Below, in pieces: positions 30,831 through 40,963 of a stretch of DNA of 64,000 nt (the stretch's first letter is position 1; every line of letters starts with the position of its first letter). The notes beneath the pieces are model-generated. The model saw only the letters and a list, made by a program, of their open reading frames with translations. It was not told where the DNA came from and did no database searches. A program made the translations under genes and the position numbers. Where the stretch lies: positions 4,278,001-4,342,000 of the forward strand of contig CAKKNE010000004.1 of the NCBI GenBank assembly GCA_918797485.1, in the 5' to 3' direction. Source of the stretch: Pelagomonas calceolata (taxonomy: Eukaryota).

Positions 30831-32669
30831 ATGGAGGAGGCTGCCACTGAGCTGCCGCCGGAGCCGACGGCCGAGCCCGCGGCCGAGCCCACGGAGGCCG
30901 CGGCCCCGCCGACCCCCGAGGCCGCCGCCACTCCGGAGGAGGAGGCCGGCGGCCCGGCGCCGGCGCCCGGCTCCCAACAACCGCCCGCGCCGACGCACGC
31001 CGACGCCGCCGTGGCCGTGGCCCCCCACGCGCTGGGCTGCGTCTTTTTTGGCCTGTTGCTGCACCGCCTGAATGAAAAAGAATTGGCGTGGCCGGTCGTC
31101 TTCGCGCCGCTCTTCGCCGCCGACGCGATCACGTTTGGACGAAGGCTGCTCGACGCGCGCCAGGCGTCGGTCACGCTCGCCTCTTCGGATGCGACGGGCG
31201 CCGCCCTCGCGGCCAAGACGCTCGACAAACTAAGACCGACGTGCGCGGCCGTCGACGCGGTCGGCGCCTGTGCCGCGAAGGCGTTGATCGTCCTCCTTCT
31301 ATGCGAGGAGGTGGACTGGACCGTGGCTACAATTCTAATACCATTCTGGGCCGCGACGGTCGTCTCCGCGCTATTAAGGGGGCGGTGCTTCGTGCTGCGA
31401 AGGGACGTCGACCGCGCGGCACGCCAGGCCGAGCTCGGGCGCCGCGCGCGGCGGCACGGGCATAATTTACATGGTCCGGTGGGCATGCCGCCGGCGGCCG
31501 ACGCACAGGCGCACGTGCCCACGCTAGACGAGGTCCTGGACGGGCCCTGCGAGGCGTGGGCGCGCGCGTGCGCGTTCACGCAGGGCGCGTTCCTCCACGG
31601 CGTCGGCCGCGCGCTGCAGCCGGCGCTCGTGGCCGCGAAGCTCGACGGGGCGCTCGAGGCGCGCTGGGGCTTGATCTTCGCGCCGGCGTGGGCGTTGCTG
31701 GCCGCGCTCGCCGGCGTCGCGGCGACGCTCTGCAACTGCGCGCCCGTCTTGTCGGCGGGCATGCCGCCGCGCGTGAGGAGAAGGGCCGTGCGGCTCGTGA
31801 GTCTTTGTGCCACCCAGTTATTAGTCTTGAGCGGATGCACGTTCCTCTGTCTGCTCAGGCTCTCCAAGAGGTTAGACGCGGACGAGGCCGCGGCCCGGCG
31901 CTTCCATGATAGGTGGGACCGGCGGGACTGCGACGCGTTGATCTCTTCATCAAACGTGACAACTTATGAAAGTCTGTGCGCCCCGCTGTCGAAGGACGGG
32001 CCGCGTTCACCGACGCCGCTGGACATCCTCGGGCCCCTCATCCTCATGTACGCGCTTTTATTTATTCTGCACCCGATCGTGCTGCGGGACAGCCGGCGCT
32101 TCCAGCGCGTCGTCCAGATCGTCGTGGTCGACGCGGACGACCTCGAGGCGCAACGGCGCGCGCGCGGCGCGGGCTTCGACGTGTTTTTGGGCGCGCCGGC
32201 GTCGCTCGTCGGCGTCCAGGACAACTCCGTGATCATCGAAGCTTTGGAGAACCCGACGCGGCTCCTCAAGACGTCTTCCACATTATACGAGCGCATGGAG
32301 GCCGACTCCCCGAAGCAGACCCAGATCGCGCACTGCGCGCCGGCGCCGGCGGCTTGGGACGACGACGACTGTAGTATGGGCTCGTCCCGGTTCGGCGACG
32401 ACGACTTGGAAATCGCGGAGGCGCCCGCGCCGTCGCCGAGCCACCTCTGCTACGTCTGCTGCGTCTCCCGAAAAAACGCGGTCATCATGGAGTGCGGCCA
32501 CGGCGGCATCTGCTTCGAGTGCGGGAAGTCGCTCGCCTCCAGACATCCGCGGAACTGCCCGATCTGCCGGGCGCCCATCTCCGCCGTTTTAAGGGTCGAG
32601 CGGCGGGAACCGGGGTCGCCCCACGTTTTTAGTCCCGAGGGCGTCGTCGTGCAGCCCCGGCGGAGTTAA
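30831..32669 (+). CDS. Multi-pass membrane protein with a C-terminal RING finger (putative E3 ligase)
   Basis: Repeated W..(V/I)F.P.W TM motifs (TMEM185-like); CYVC...CGHGGICFEC...CPICR. Confidence 0.8.
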   Translation: MEEAATELPPEPTAEPAAEPTEAAAPPTPEAAATPEEEAGGPAPAPGSQQPPAPTHADAAVAVAPHALGCVFFGLLLHRLNEKELAWPVVFAPLFAADAITFGRRLLDARQASVTLASSDATGAALAAKTLDKLRPTCAAVDAVGACAAKALIVLLLCEEVDWTVATILIPFWAATVVSALLRGRCFVLRRDVDRAARQAELGRRARRHGHNLHGPVGMPPAADAQAHVPTLDEVLDGPCEAWARACAFTQGAFLHGVGRALQPALVAAKLDGALEARWGLIFAPAWALLAALAGVAATLCNCAPVLSAGMPPRVRRRAVRLVSLCATQLLVLSGCTFLCLLRLSKRLDADEAAARRFHDRWDRRDCDALISSSNVTTYESLCAPLSKDGPRSPTPLDILGPLILMYALLFILHPIVLRDSRRFQRVVQIVVVDADDLEAQRRARGAGFDVFLGAPASLVGVQDNSVIIEALENPTRLLKTSSTLYERMEADSPKQTQIAHCAPAPAAWDDDDCSMGSSRFGDDDLEIAEAPAPSPSHLCYVCCVSRKNAVIMECGHGGICFECGKSLASRHPRNCPICRAPISAVLRVERREPGSPHVFSPEGVVVQPRRS

Positions 32670-32681
32670 TGACATATGTGT

Positions 32682-33380
32682 TTATTTACTTGCTTCCCGC
32701 GACAGGGCGATCTCCTGCAACTCCGGCGGCAGCCACAACAACCCTGGCCGCGCGATCATGGACCAGAGGCGGGACCCGGGGCCGCTAAAGGCGCCGGACA
32801 CGACGGGCGTCGGGCACGACTGCGACGAAAGAGGTGAGGACGGCGGCGGCGGCGGCGTCGAAATCTCGAGTTCGATGGGCGCACGCGCATCCGCGGGCGA
32901 GCGGGTCCCGCGGCGCTCCCGGGGCCAGTTCTCGACCGTCCGCCGGTCGAGCTGGCGCTCGAGCTCCGCGATGCGCGCGCGCGCGGCCGCGAGCTCCCTC
33001 GTGAGGCGCTCGTTCTCTCCCACAGTGTCGAGCTGGCGCTCGAGCTCGTCGACGTCGTCGTCCTCCTCGTCGAGCGTCGACGCGCGGCTCCTGGGGCTGC
33101 TCTCCGCCCGGAGCCGCGCAATTTCCGCCTCGGCGTCGCGCGCCCGGTGCTCCGCGGCCTCGAGCTTCCGCGTGAACGCCGTCCACTCGGAGTCCCAGAC
33201 GCACTGCGCCGACTTGAGCTTCCCGTTCTCTACTTCCAATTTGCGGCAGCGCGCGAGGAGCGCCGCGTCGCCGGTTTGAGGGGGGCTCGGCGGCGGCCAG
33301 AGCTCCTTCGAGAGCTTCGAGGGTGTAATTGGGGATTTTGGGATGCTGCTTGTCGGCAGCTTCGCCGGGGACTTGGACAT
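32682..33380 (-). CDS. Hypothetical coiled-coil protein
   Basis: GC3-rich ORF with heptad segments. Confidence 0.55.
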   Translation of the reverse strand: MSKSPAKLPTSSIPKSPITPSKLSKELWPPPSPPQTGDAALLARCRKLEVENGKLKSAQCVWDSEWTAFTRKLEAAEHRARDAEAEIARLRAESSPRSRASTLDEEDDDVDELERQLDTVGENERLTRELAAARARIAELERQLDRRTVENWPRERRGTRSPADARAPIELEISTPPPPPSSPLSSQSCPTPVVSGAFSGPGSRLWSMIARPGLLWLPPELQEIALSREASK

Positions 33381-33649
33381 ACTGCCAACCGTCGATGGCT
33401 TGGGCTGCCCCACTGAATTGCGTAGCAGCCCCTGGCGTGTCCTAGTCGCGCCTGTTTCGATATTTTTTGCGCAGATCAGATCGATTTGGTTCGGGTTCGG
33501 GTTTTTTCTCTCGCGGCCTTTGAAATGGGCCCGTGCTGCCCCAGTAGTTGAGATCTGCACGCACGGAAACGCCGTCGGGCAGCTACATCAAGCAATCTTT
33601 GGGGCTGCGCCACACGAGCACTCTTTGGGCAGCCCCATCGGTCCATAGG

Positions 33650-36600
33650 ATGACAGCCGTGCTGACCCCCGCCGGCAGCAGTGGTGCCGGAGCAGGCTGG
33701 ACGCCGGGCCGGAGTCGGACATCATGGCCCACGGCCCGCAAGCAGGCCACCTCCGTCCTCATGGCGCCGACGCCGGCCTGCGACCCGAAGACGGCGCGCG
33801 CGAAAGCCGAGGCCCAGGGCTACGGCCGCGGCGCCGCGCGCGCGTTCGCCGGCTTCCTGAACCCGCGGAACAGCCCCGACGCCGGCCGCCTCGACGGCGT
33901 CGAGGGGCCGCGCGGGGCCGTCCGCGAGCCCGTCGAGGCAACGATTGCTCCGATCGACGAGGCCGTGGCCCACGTGGCGGACGGCTCGCCGTCGAAGCTC
34001 GACGAACTGAGGCGGCGCGCGGAGCAGCGCGGCTACGGGCGCGGCGCCGCGCTGGCCTTCGCGGGCCTCCTGTCGCCCGCGTCCCCGGCGCTGCTCAAGA
34101 CGCCGGGCGCGGAGAGGTCCTGGACCGCGCTCGACGAGGCCGCGCGGTCGCTCGCCGACGACGCGTTCGCGGCCGTTGTTGAACCGGCAGAGACGCCACC
34201 GGCGGTGCGCGAGGCGCCGTCACCGTCGCCGGAGGTGCGCTGGTACGACGACCGCGCCCCGTCGCCGGTACGCCAGGAGCGCCGCGACGCCGGCGCGACG
34301 GAGCGCTTCCGGCGCAAGGCCGCGAAGGCCAAGGAAAACGGCGAAGACGCCCAGCGCGAGGCCCGGCAGCGCGAAGGCGAGCTGAACCGTGAGCGCGCGC
34401 GCGTCTACGCCGCCGAGCAGCGCGTCAAGCAGCGCCTCGAGACCATCCGGCGCCAGGAGCGCGCCGTCGAGGCGCACGAGGCGGCGCGGAGCGGCGCCGC
34501 GCGGCGCGCCTTCCGGGCGTGGCGGCGGGCCCTGGCGACGCCGTCTCCCGCAGCTGAGGCGAGCGGCGGCTACGGCGAGGGCGCGGCGCGCGCCTTCGCG
34601 GGCCTCCTCGACGCGCGGAAACGCGACGCTGCGGCGCCGGTCTCGAAGCGCTCGGAGCTTGCGGACGTGCGGCGCCGGCTCCGGGGCCGCGCGCCGCGTG
34701 ACGACAGTTCCGTCGAGCCTGCGCGGCCACCACCGCCCGCCCGCGCCGCGCCAATGGCGCGACCACCGCAGCCGCCACACGCGGCGCGCGTGCCGCCGCC
34801 ACCCGCGGTCGCCGCGGCGCGCGTGCCCACGCCGCCCCTCCCGCCGCCGGCGCCGCCGCCGCCGCCCCGGCGGCCGACGCTCCTGACGCCCGAGGGCCCC
34901 GGCCTGCGCAAGGGGTCGTCGGGCATCTTCGCCGAGGACCCCCTGGTCGGCCTGTCGCCCCCGGAGGCGCCTCCGCAGTACCCGCTCACGCAGAAGGTGG
35001 CGCAGGAGCTGAAGGCGATCATCTTCCCCGTGCCCGAGCACCTCCGCGCCGACCCCGCGCCGGCGCCGGCGCCCGCGGCCGCCCCGGCCGACATGAGCGC
35101 CTACGACGACGACGACGACGACGCCGCCGCGGCGCCTACTCCTGAAGCGGCAGACATGACAGCCTACGACGACGACGGGTCCGAGGCGCCGACGCTTACA
35201 AGGGACGACGGAGCCGCGGCCGACATGGGCGCCTACGAGGACGACGGCTCCGAGGCGCCGGCGGCGGACCCGAGCGCTCCCGAGGACGACGGCGCCGCGG
35301 CGGCGGACCTGAGCCTCTACGCGGACGACGCCTCGGACGACGCCGACGACTGGCCCGTGCGTTCGTCCTCGCCCGCCGTCGAGCGGCCGGCGCCCGCGGG
35401 CGTCTCAGTGTCTCTGGAAGACGAGCCGTCGCCGCCGTTCGCCACGCCGCGCGAGCCGTACGAGCCCGCGGCGTTCTCCCGCGCCGCCGTGGACCTTTCG
35501 ACGCCGCTCAAGCCGCCGAGCATCTACGAGCGCGCGAGGGGCGCGGCCCGCGCGCCCGCGGTTGCCGAGACTTCACCGCGGCCGCCGCTCACCGGCAAGA
35601 GGGCGACGTTGTCGCCGGGAAATGTGGACGAGCTCGACTTTAGGCCGGACAAGGCCGTGGCGGCCGCACCAGCTGCTGCACCGCCGGAAGCGAGCGATGC
35701 CTTCGCGGTGCCGCCGACGCCCCACAACTCGCGCTCGGACCTGGCCGACGACGAGGCCACAGACCCCGGAGTGGGCTCGTACCCGACAGACGACGCGGTC
35801 GCCGCGGCCGCGGCCGCGCCGCATGACGTGGAGCCCGCGCCGGTCGCAGAGGCCATAGTAGGTGCGGCGCCGCCACCGACCAGGGCAACGGAACCTTCAG
35901 ACCCGTCTGACCCGGTCGCCGCGGCGGAGGCCGACGCGACGGTCGACGAGGCGGCCGCGAAGCTCAGCCTCGGCGCCGTCGCGCGCCTCGGCACCGCCGC
36001 GGCGCGCGTGCGTCGCATGCGCCGCCGCAAGCCCTCGGAGGCCATGCGGCGCGTCCTGGCCGAGGTCGAGCGCGGGCACGCGCTCCGCAGCGCGCCGCCC
36101 GTCGCGGCCGCCGCGGCGCCGCCGCGGGCGCCGTCGCCGGCGGTCGCCGACGGGTGCCTGCGGTCGCGCCTCAGCCAGAGCGCCGTGGTCGACGCGAAGC
36201 TCAAGGCGGACCTCGTGCCCGGCGCGGCCGCGACGCTCGCCGCGATCCGCGCCACGGACGAACCGACGGCGCGCCGGGCGGCGGCCGCCGTCGCGAGCGC
36301 CGTCCGGCGCGCGAGCGACCCCCAGCGCCAGGCGTTGCTCCGCGACCTCGGGAGCCGACCGACGTCGCCGTCCGCCGCGGCCACGATGCTCGCTGGTAGG
36401 GCGGCGTCGCCATCCGCGGAACTGGTCTTCGAGGGCACGGGCGGCGTCGTCGCGCCGCAGAAGTACGTGGAGACGAAGGCGGCCCTCGTGCCGCCGCCGC
36501 CGCGGGAGACGCCCCCGGCGGCGCCCACGAAGCTGAGCCCGGAAGTCGAGGAGCGGCGGACGTCCCTGAAGCCCGTCGACGGCGTGCCACTATCGACAAT

Positions 36601-38353
36601 CTCGCCGCGCAAGAAGCGGCGCAGCGTCGGCGGCCCGGACTCGGCCTTCTTTACGCCCTCGCCGTCGGCGCCGCACGAGTTCCAGTCGCGCCGCGCGTCG
36701 CTCAAGCGCGTGGCCCGCGACGAGGCGCCGGCCCCCCGGGCGATCCTGCGCGAGGCGATCGGGGACGGGGCGGCGCCGGCCGAGTTGCAGCCGGAGTTCC
36801 TGGCGCGGCGCGCGTCGCTCAAGCGCGTGGTTCGTGAAGATGCGCCGGTTTCTGCGCCAGAGACGTCTCCGATCCCGCGCCGGGCGATCGGAAAAGGGAC
36901 GGCGCCGCCGCCGACGCGTCCCACCGCGCCCAGCCTCGACGAGATGGAGGCCGAAGTGGCGCGTGAGCGCGGCGAGGCCCGGCTCCGAGAGGCTGTGGCC
37001 GCCGCCAAGGCCGAGCGCGCCGCGGCTGAGCGCGTCGCCGCGGAAGAGGCGGAACGAGCTCGGTTAGAAGCTGAACGCATCGAGGCGGAACGCGTCGCGG
37101 CTGAGCGGATTCTGGCCGAGAAGGCCGAGGCCGAGCGGTTGGTGGCGGAGCGCATTGCCGCTGAACGAGCGGAGGCCGAGCGGTTGGCTGCGGAGAAAGC
37201 CGAGCTCGCTCGGGTAGAGGCCGAACGCGTCGAGGCCGAACGCGTCGAGGCTGAACGAATCGAGGCTGAACGATTAGCGGCGGAGCAGGCCGCCGCGGCG
37301 CGAGCGCAGGCGGAGGCGTTAGCCGCGGAGGAGGCGGCGCGGCGCGCCCAGGAGGCCGAGCGCGAGGAGGCGGCCGCGAACCTAAGGTCGGCGGCGCTCG
37401 CGCGCGCCATTTCCGAGGAGTTGGAAGCCAAGAGCCGAGAGGAAGCGAGGCGCAAGGAGGAGCAGCTGGGCTGGGAGCGGGCCGCGCGCGAGGCGACGGA
37501 GCTGGACGCGTGGCTGTCGCCGCCGACGAGCCGGCAACCGTCGACGGTACCCGAGCCGCGGCCGTCGACGCCCGAGCCGACGGTCCCCGCGAATCCTGCA
37601 CTCTTCTCGCCGCGGCCGATGAGCCCCGACGAGTACGAGTTCGTCATCGTCGAGGAGCGGACCGACAGCGAGGGCAGCGGCTCCGACGAGGAGTTCGAGG
37701 AGTTCTACGAGGAGGTGTCCTCTTCCCCCAGCCCTGATGGCAAGGTCGCCGCGCCCTCGCCGCGCCGACCGCCGGTTGATTCAGGCGTGTCGCCGCCCGC
37801 CAGCGCCGACGGCAAGGCCGCGGCGCCACCCGCAGCGGCGGCACCGGCCCCAGCGTCGACGTCGCCGCGGCGCCCACCGCCGGCTCCTTCAGGCGTTGAA
37901 GAGGAGAAGGGCGACGAGGCCACCGTCCGCGTGGTTTCGTCGGACGTGGCGTGGTCGCCGCCGCGGCCGCGACGGGGGCGCGCGTCCGAGGCGTCCGAGT
38001 ACTCGCCCGCGGTCGAGCTGGACCTCGACCGGCTCGCGGAGAGCGACCTGACGGAACCGCGGCTCCCGGTCGCGGCACCGACGCTGACGCCCGCGACAGC
38101 CGCGGCACCGACGCCGCCGCGGCGACGAGATCCCCTCGGCGCCCGGCGAAGCTCGTCGTCGTCGAAGCCAGCGGAAACGCCGACGCCGCCGCGGAGACGG
38201 GATCCCCTCGGTCGCGCCCGCCGCGAAGAAGGACCATCGAGCGCCTCGGGGCCGCCGGCGCACCTCGGTCCCGCCGTGCAGTCCATGCGCGCCGGTTCTC
38301 GCGGCCCCCCGGACTACGAGAGCAGCCGTGCGCGGCGACGTTCGCCGCGGTAG
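33650..38353 (+). CDS. Large low-complexity protein with internal repeats, WH2-like motifs and a charged helix
   Basis: ~1570-aa uninterrupted ORF; repeats GYGxGAA(R/L)AFAG x3, AD(M/L)xxYxDD x4, RR(A/T)SLKxV x3, EAER tract. Confidence 0.7.
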   Translation: MTAVLTPAGSSGAGAGWTPGRSRTSWPTARKQATSVLMAPTPACDPKTARAKAEAQGYGRGAARAFAGFLNPRNSPDAGRLDGVEGPRGAVREPVEATIAPIDEAVAHVADGSPSKLDELRRRAEQRGYGRGAALAFAGLLSPASPALLKTPGAERSWTALDEAARSLADDAFAAVVEPAETPPAVREAPSPSPEVRWYDDRAPSPVRQERRDAGATERFRRKAAKAKENGEDAQREARQREGELNRERARVYAAEQRVKQRLETIRRQERAVEAHEAARSGAARRAFRAWRRALATPSPAAEASGGYGEGAARAFAGLLDARKRDAAAPVSKRSELADVRRRLRGRAPRDDSSVEPARPPPPARAAPMARPPQPPHAARVPPPPAVAAARVPTPPLPPPAPPPPPRRPTLLTPEGPGLRKGSSGIFAEDPLVGLSPPEAPPQYPLTQKVAQELKAIIFPVPEHLRADPAPAPAPAAAPADMSAYDDDDDDAAAAPTPEAADMTAYDDDGSEAPTLTRDDGAAADMGAYEDDGSEAPAADPSAPEDDGAAAADLSLYADDASDDADDWPVRSSSPAVERPAPAGVSVSLEDEPSPPFATPREPYEPAAFSRAAVDLSTPLKPPSIYERARGAARAPAVAETSPRPPLTGKRATLSPGNVDELDFRPDKAVAAAPAAAPPEASDAFAVPPTPHNSRSDLADDEATDPGVGSYPTDDAVAAAAAAPHDVEPAPVAEAIVGAAPPPTRATEPSDPSDPVAAAEADATVDEAAAKLSLGAVARLGTAAARVRRMRRRKPSEAMRRVLAEVERGHALRSAPPVAAAAAPPRAPSPAVADGCLRSRLSQSAVVDAKLKADLVPGAAATLAAIRATDEPTARRAAAAVASAVRRASDPQRQALLRDLGSRPTSPSAAATMLAGRAASPSAELVFEGTGGVVAPQKYVETKAALVPPPPRETPPAAPTKLSPEVEERRTSLKPVDGVPLSTISPRKKRRSVGGPDSAFFTPSPSAPHEFQSRRASLKRVARDEAPAPRAILREAIGDGAAPAELQPEFLARRASLKRVVREDAPVSAPETSPIPRRAIGKGTAPPPTRPTAPSLDEMEAEVARERGEARLREAVAAAKAERAAAERVAAEEAERARLEAERIEAERVAAERILAEKAEAERLVAERIAAERAEAERLAAEKAELARVEAERVEAERVEAERIEAERLAAEQAAAARAQAEALAAEEAARRAQEAEREEAAANLRSAALARAISEELEAKSREEARRKEEQLGWERAAREATELDAWLSPPTSRQPSTVPEPRPSTPEPTVPANPALFSPRPMSPDEYEFVIVEERTDSEGSGSDEEFEEFYEEVSSSPSPDGKVAAPSPRRPPVDSGVSPPASADGKAAAPPAAAAPAPASTSPRRPPPAPSGVEEEKGDEATVRVVSSDVAWSPPRPRRGRASEASEYSPAVELDLDRLAESDLTEPRLPVAAPTLTPATAAAPTPPRRRDPLGARRSSSSSKPAETPTPPRRRDPLGRARREEGPSSASGPPAHLGPAVQSMRAGSRGPPDYESSRARRRSPR

Positions 38354-38370
38354 AATTAAAAGTTGATAGG

Positions 38371-38739
38371 TTAGTCCCCGGCCTTCCGCCGCCTCGCCTC
38401 ATCCAGTATCCGCTGGAGCTGCGCTCGTTGTTCGTCCGCGCCGGCGTCGGGCCGGAACCCCGGCCGCTCCCGCAGCCGCTCGCCCCGCGGGCCGATGCTC
38501 GCGTGCGAGCGGCCGATGGCCCACTGCATGACGTAGTAACCGCCGACGACGACGGGCACGGGGTAGACGAACTGCATGTACGTCGCGGCCGGCACGCCGA
38601 GGACGTCCGGCAATTTTATCCGCGCCCCGTGGATCGGCTTGATGACGTTCTCGCGCCACCAGTCGAAGACGGAGAAGTTTCGCCTCGGTCGTTGGATGGC
38701 GTGCGGACGCGTTGCGACGCGACGCAAGGCTGAGATCAT
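38371..38739 (-). CDS. Small single-TM protein with a mitochondrial-type presequence
   Basis: MISALRRVATRP...RRNFS leader; hydrophobic segment. Confidence 0.55.
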   Translation of the reverse strand: MISALRRVATRPHAIQRPRRNFSVFDWWRENVIKPIHGARIKLPDVLGVPAATYMQFVYPVPVVVGGYYVMQWAIGRSHASIGPRGERLRERPGFRPDAGADEQRAQLQRILDEARRRKAGD

Positions 38740-38884
38740 TGTTGTGCGTCTTGTGCCGGTCCGATCGTTATGATACCTTGCAGTCGCTGAGTTCAGCCAG
38801 CCGTGCGACCACTGCTGCAGCGACTTTGTTATCAGAGCTCGAGAAGGCCTAGATCACACCCTTTGTGTTTTGTAGAGCTGGAAT

Positions 38885-38907
38885 GCTAGTGTCTTACAGG
38901 ACGCTAG
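38885..38907 (+). promoter_or_regulatory. Upstream quasi-palindromic motif, copy 8
   Basis: GCTAGTGTCTTACAGGACGCTAG in a divergent intergenic region. Confidence 0.65.
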
Positions 38908-39106
38908 GTTTGTTTGGGGTCCCAACGTTGGGGAGATTTGTGCCTACCGCGTTGGCATCGACTACGTCACGCACGCGGGCAGCCGCCTCGTCAGCCTAAG
39001 CGCTCCGGGCAGCATTCGCTAAGCATCCGCATCGGGCTCTCAACAAAGCACAGTTTGACCCTTGCCCCCCACACCGCAGCGGACGCCGTCGACGCGACGT
39101 ATAATA

Positions 39107-40945
39107 ATGGAGGGCTTCCTCGAGAAGAAGGGCGGCTCCCACAGCGGCCTGGGTTTCCTCCCCGTCGGGCGCCGCAACTGGAAGCGGCGGTGGTTCGTGC
39201 TCGAAGGGGCCGTCCTGACCTATTACGAAGACTTCGACCCGGCGACGAACGCGCCCGTGGGCGCGGCGAAGGGCTGCGTCGACCTAAGAGGTTGTCAAGC
39301 AAAACTGTGCCCCCACAAGCCGCGGAAGGGCACGCCGCGCGTCCACACTTTTAGTATAGAAAAACCCAAGGGCGAGCGGCTCCTCATGGAGGCCACGGGC
39401 CCGATGGCCGAGAAGCTCAAGTTCGCCTGGCTGCGCGCGTTGGAGGACGCCATCGCCAAATCCATGTCCAAGGAAGGGCGGCGCGCGTCCCTCCGGGCGG
39501 CCCAGGATGTGGATCAACCGGAACATTATCAGCGGTTAGGCCTCGAGAAACGTGACGATCTGACGGACAAGGACATTCGCAAGGCCTACCGGCGCGTCGC
39601 CGTGGCGCGGCACCCGGACCGCGGCGGCGACCCTGAAGCCTTCATCGCGCTGCACGAGGCCTATGAGGTGATTATCAATGCAAGGGCGGCGCGGCGCGAG
39701 GCCCTGCGTTACGGCGAGTGCGTCTTCGAGGGTCGGATCAAGAAGGAGCCGAAGGGCGGTTTTGGATTGACGGTCTGCGAGCGGAAGGAGGGCGGCGTCG
39801 CCATCAAGCGCGTCGTGTTCTGGTCGTGTGCTACCACATGCGTCGAGCGCCCCGAGGGTATTGCACGGGAGCTGCCGTCGTCCGAATTGTCTTTTCGAGC
39901 CGGGGACCGCATCGTTGGCGTCTGTGCTGAAATCAAATTCCACGGCGCGGTCGTGCTGAATCATCGCGTCGTCCTCCACGCCATCGACGCAGCGCCTGCT
40001 CGACGGCGTGGCGGTGCCGCTTCCTCACCGCTCGACGGAGCCATCACGGCCACGTCATCGCCGAGAAATGACTTAGTGAAGAATTGTCGGGTGCACCCGA
40101 CGCACTGGTTGATTTCCACACAGGTCGGCGTCGAGGGCGACGACACGCGGCGCTGGTCCGTGACGCGCTTGATCCAGCGGCTGGACAACTTCCGGGTCCC
40201 CGCCGAGGCGTCTATATTGTTACGCGTGGCGCGGCCCGTGCTCCTGGACGTCCACGCGGAGCCGCGGCGCCCGTCCCGCGCGGAGCCGTCGCCGCGCCCG
40301 TCCCGCGACGGCGGCGCGGAGCCTTCCCGTGACGACGGCGCGGAGCCTCGGTCTGCCCGCGATGACGGCGTGGAGCCCCGGCCTTCCCGCGAGGATGACG
40401 GCGCGGCGGTGTCGCCCCCGCCGCCACCACCGCCGGACGACGGCCCCGCGGCCGCGAGCGGTCCGCCCGAGCGACCTGCGAGGCGGCGGTCGAGCGCGGC
40501 CGTGAGCGTGGCGAGCGAGCCCGACGCGGAGCTCCGGCGGGAGAACGACGAGCTGCGGAGCGAGGTGCTGCGGCTCCGCGAGTCGCTGGCCCTCGCGGAC
40601 GCAAAACGGGCGACGGCCGAGCGCGAGCTGCGCGACGCGCGCGAGGACGCGGCGGCCGCCGCGCCGCCGCGTACGCCGCTGGCGGCGCGCAACGCCCCGG
40701 AGCCGGCCCCGGCCGCGAGCGCGGACATTGCGCGGCGCCTCGAGCGGTTCAAGAAGCGGCTCGGCGCGATGAACACGAAACCGGTCCCGGACCGCCAGGC
40801 ACGGGTGCGTCGCGAGTCCTTCGTGGAGCGGGGTGATTTGCAGAAGCGGGCGGCCGCGATCGACCTGAGGTTGAGGTTTCGGCCCTCGGACGAGGATCTG
40901 CGGCGGGCGAACATCTGCCATTTTCATCGGCAGTGGCATTTGTAA
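39107..40945 (+). CDS. PH + DnaJ + PDZ domain protein (exons 39107-39913, 40124-40945)
   Basis: PH EGFLEKKG...NWKRRWFVL; J domain HPD; PDZ GFGL...GDRI|VGVEG restored by splicing. Confidence 0.85.
   Translation: MEGFLEKKGGSHSGLGFLPVGRRNWKRRWFVLEGAVLTYYEDFDPATNAPVGAAKGCVDLRGCQAKLCPHKPRKGTPRVHTFSIEKPKGERLLMEATGPMAEKLKFAWLRALEDAIAKSMSKEGRRASLRAAQDVDQPEHYQRLGLEKRDDLTDKDIRKAYRRVAVARHPDRGGDPEAFIALHEAYEVIINARAARREALRYGECVFEGRIKKEPKGGFGLTVCERKEGGVAIKRVVFWSCATTCVERPEGIARELPSSELSFRAGDRIVGVCAEIKFHGAVVLNHRVVLHAIDAAPARRRGGAASSPLDGAITATSSPRNDLVKNCRVHPTHWLISTQVGVEGDDTRRWSVTRLIQRLDNFRVPAEASILLRVARPVLLDVHAEPRRPSRAEPSPRPSRDGGAEPSRDDGAEPRSARDDGVEPRPSREDDGAAVSPPPPPPPDDGPAAASGPPERPARRRSSAAVSVASEPDAELRRENDELRSEVLRLRESLALADAKRATAERELRDAREDAAAAAPPRTPLAARNAPEPAPAASADIARRLERFKKRLGAMNTKPVPDRQARVRRESFVERGDLQKRAAAIDLRLRFRPSDEDLRRANICHFHRQWHL
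39922..40123. mobile_element. Introner element (202 bp; intron 39914-40123 on plus)
   Basis: Highly similar to the 15772 and 8543 copies; TSD GTTGGCGT/GTCGGCGT; GT-AG intron. Confidence 0.93.
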
Positions 40946-40963
40946 TAATTAAAACAGTACTAT

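Noticed and set aside
37000..37380. Tandem GAGGCCGAGCGC-like nucleotide repeats
   Set aside because: Coding repeats for an EAER helix; no constant repeat with unique spacers, so not a CRISPR-like array.
35524..37647. 707-aa minus-strand ORF, and many similar long antisense or alternate-frame ORFs in the track
   Set aside because: Shadow frames of GC-rich genes; R/A/S-biased with no recognisable motifs.
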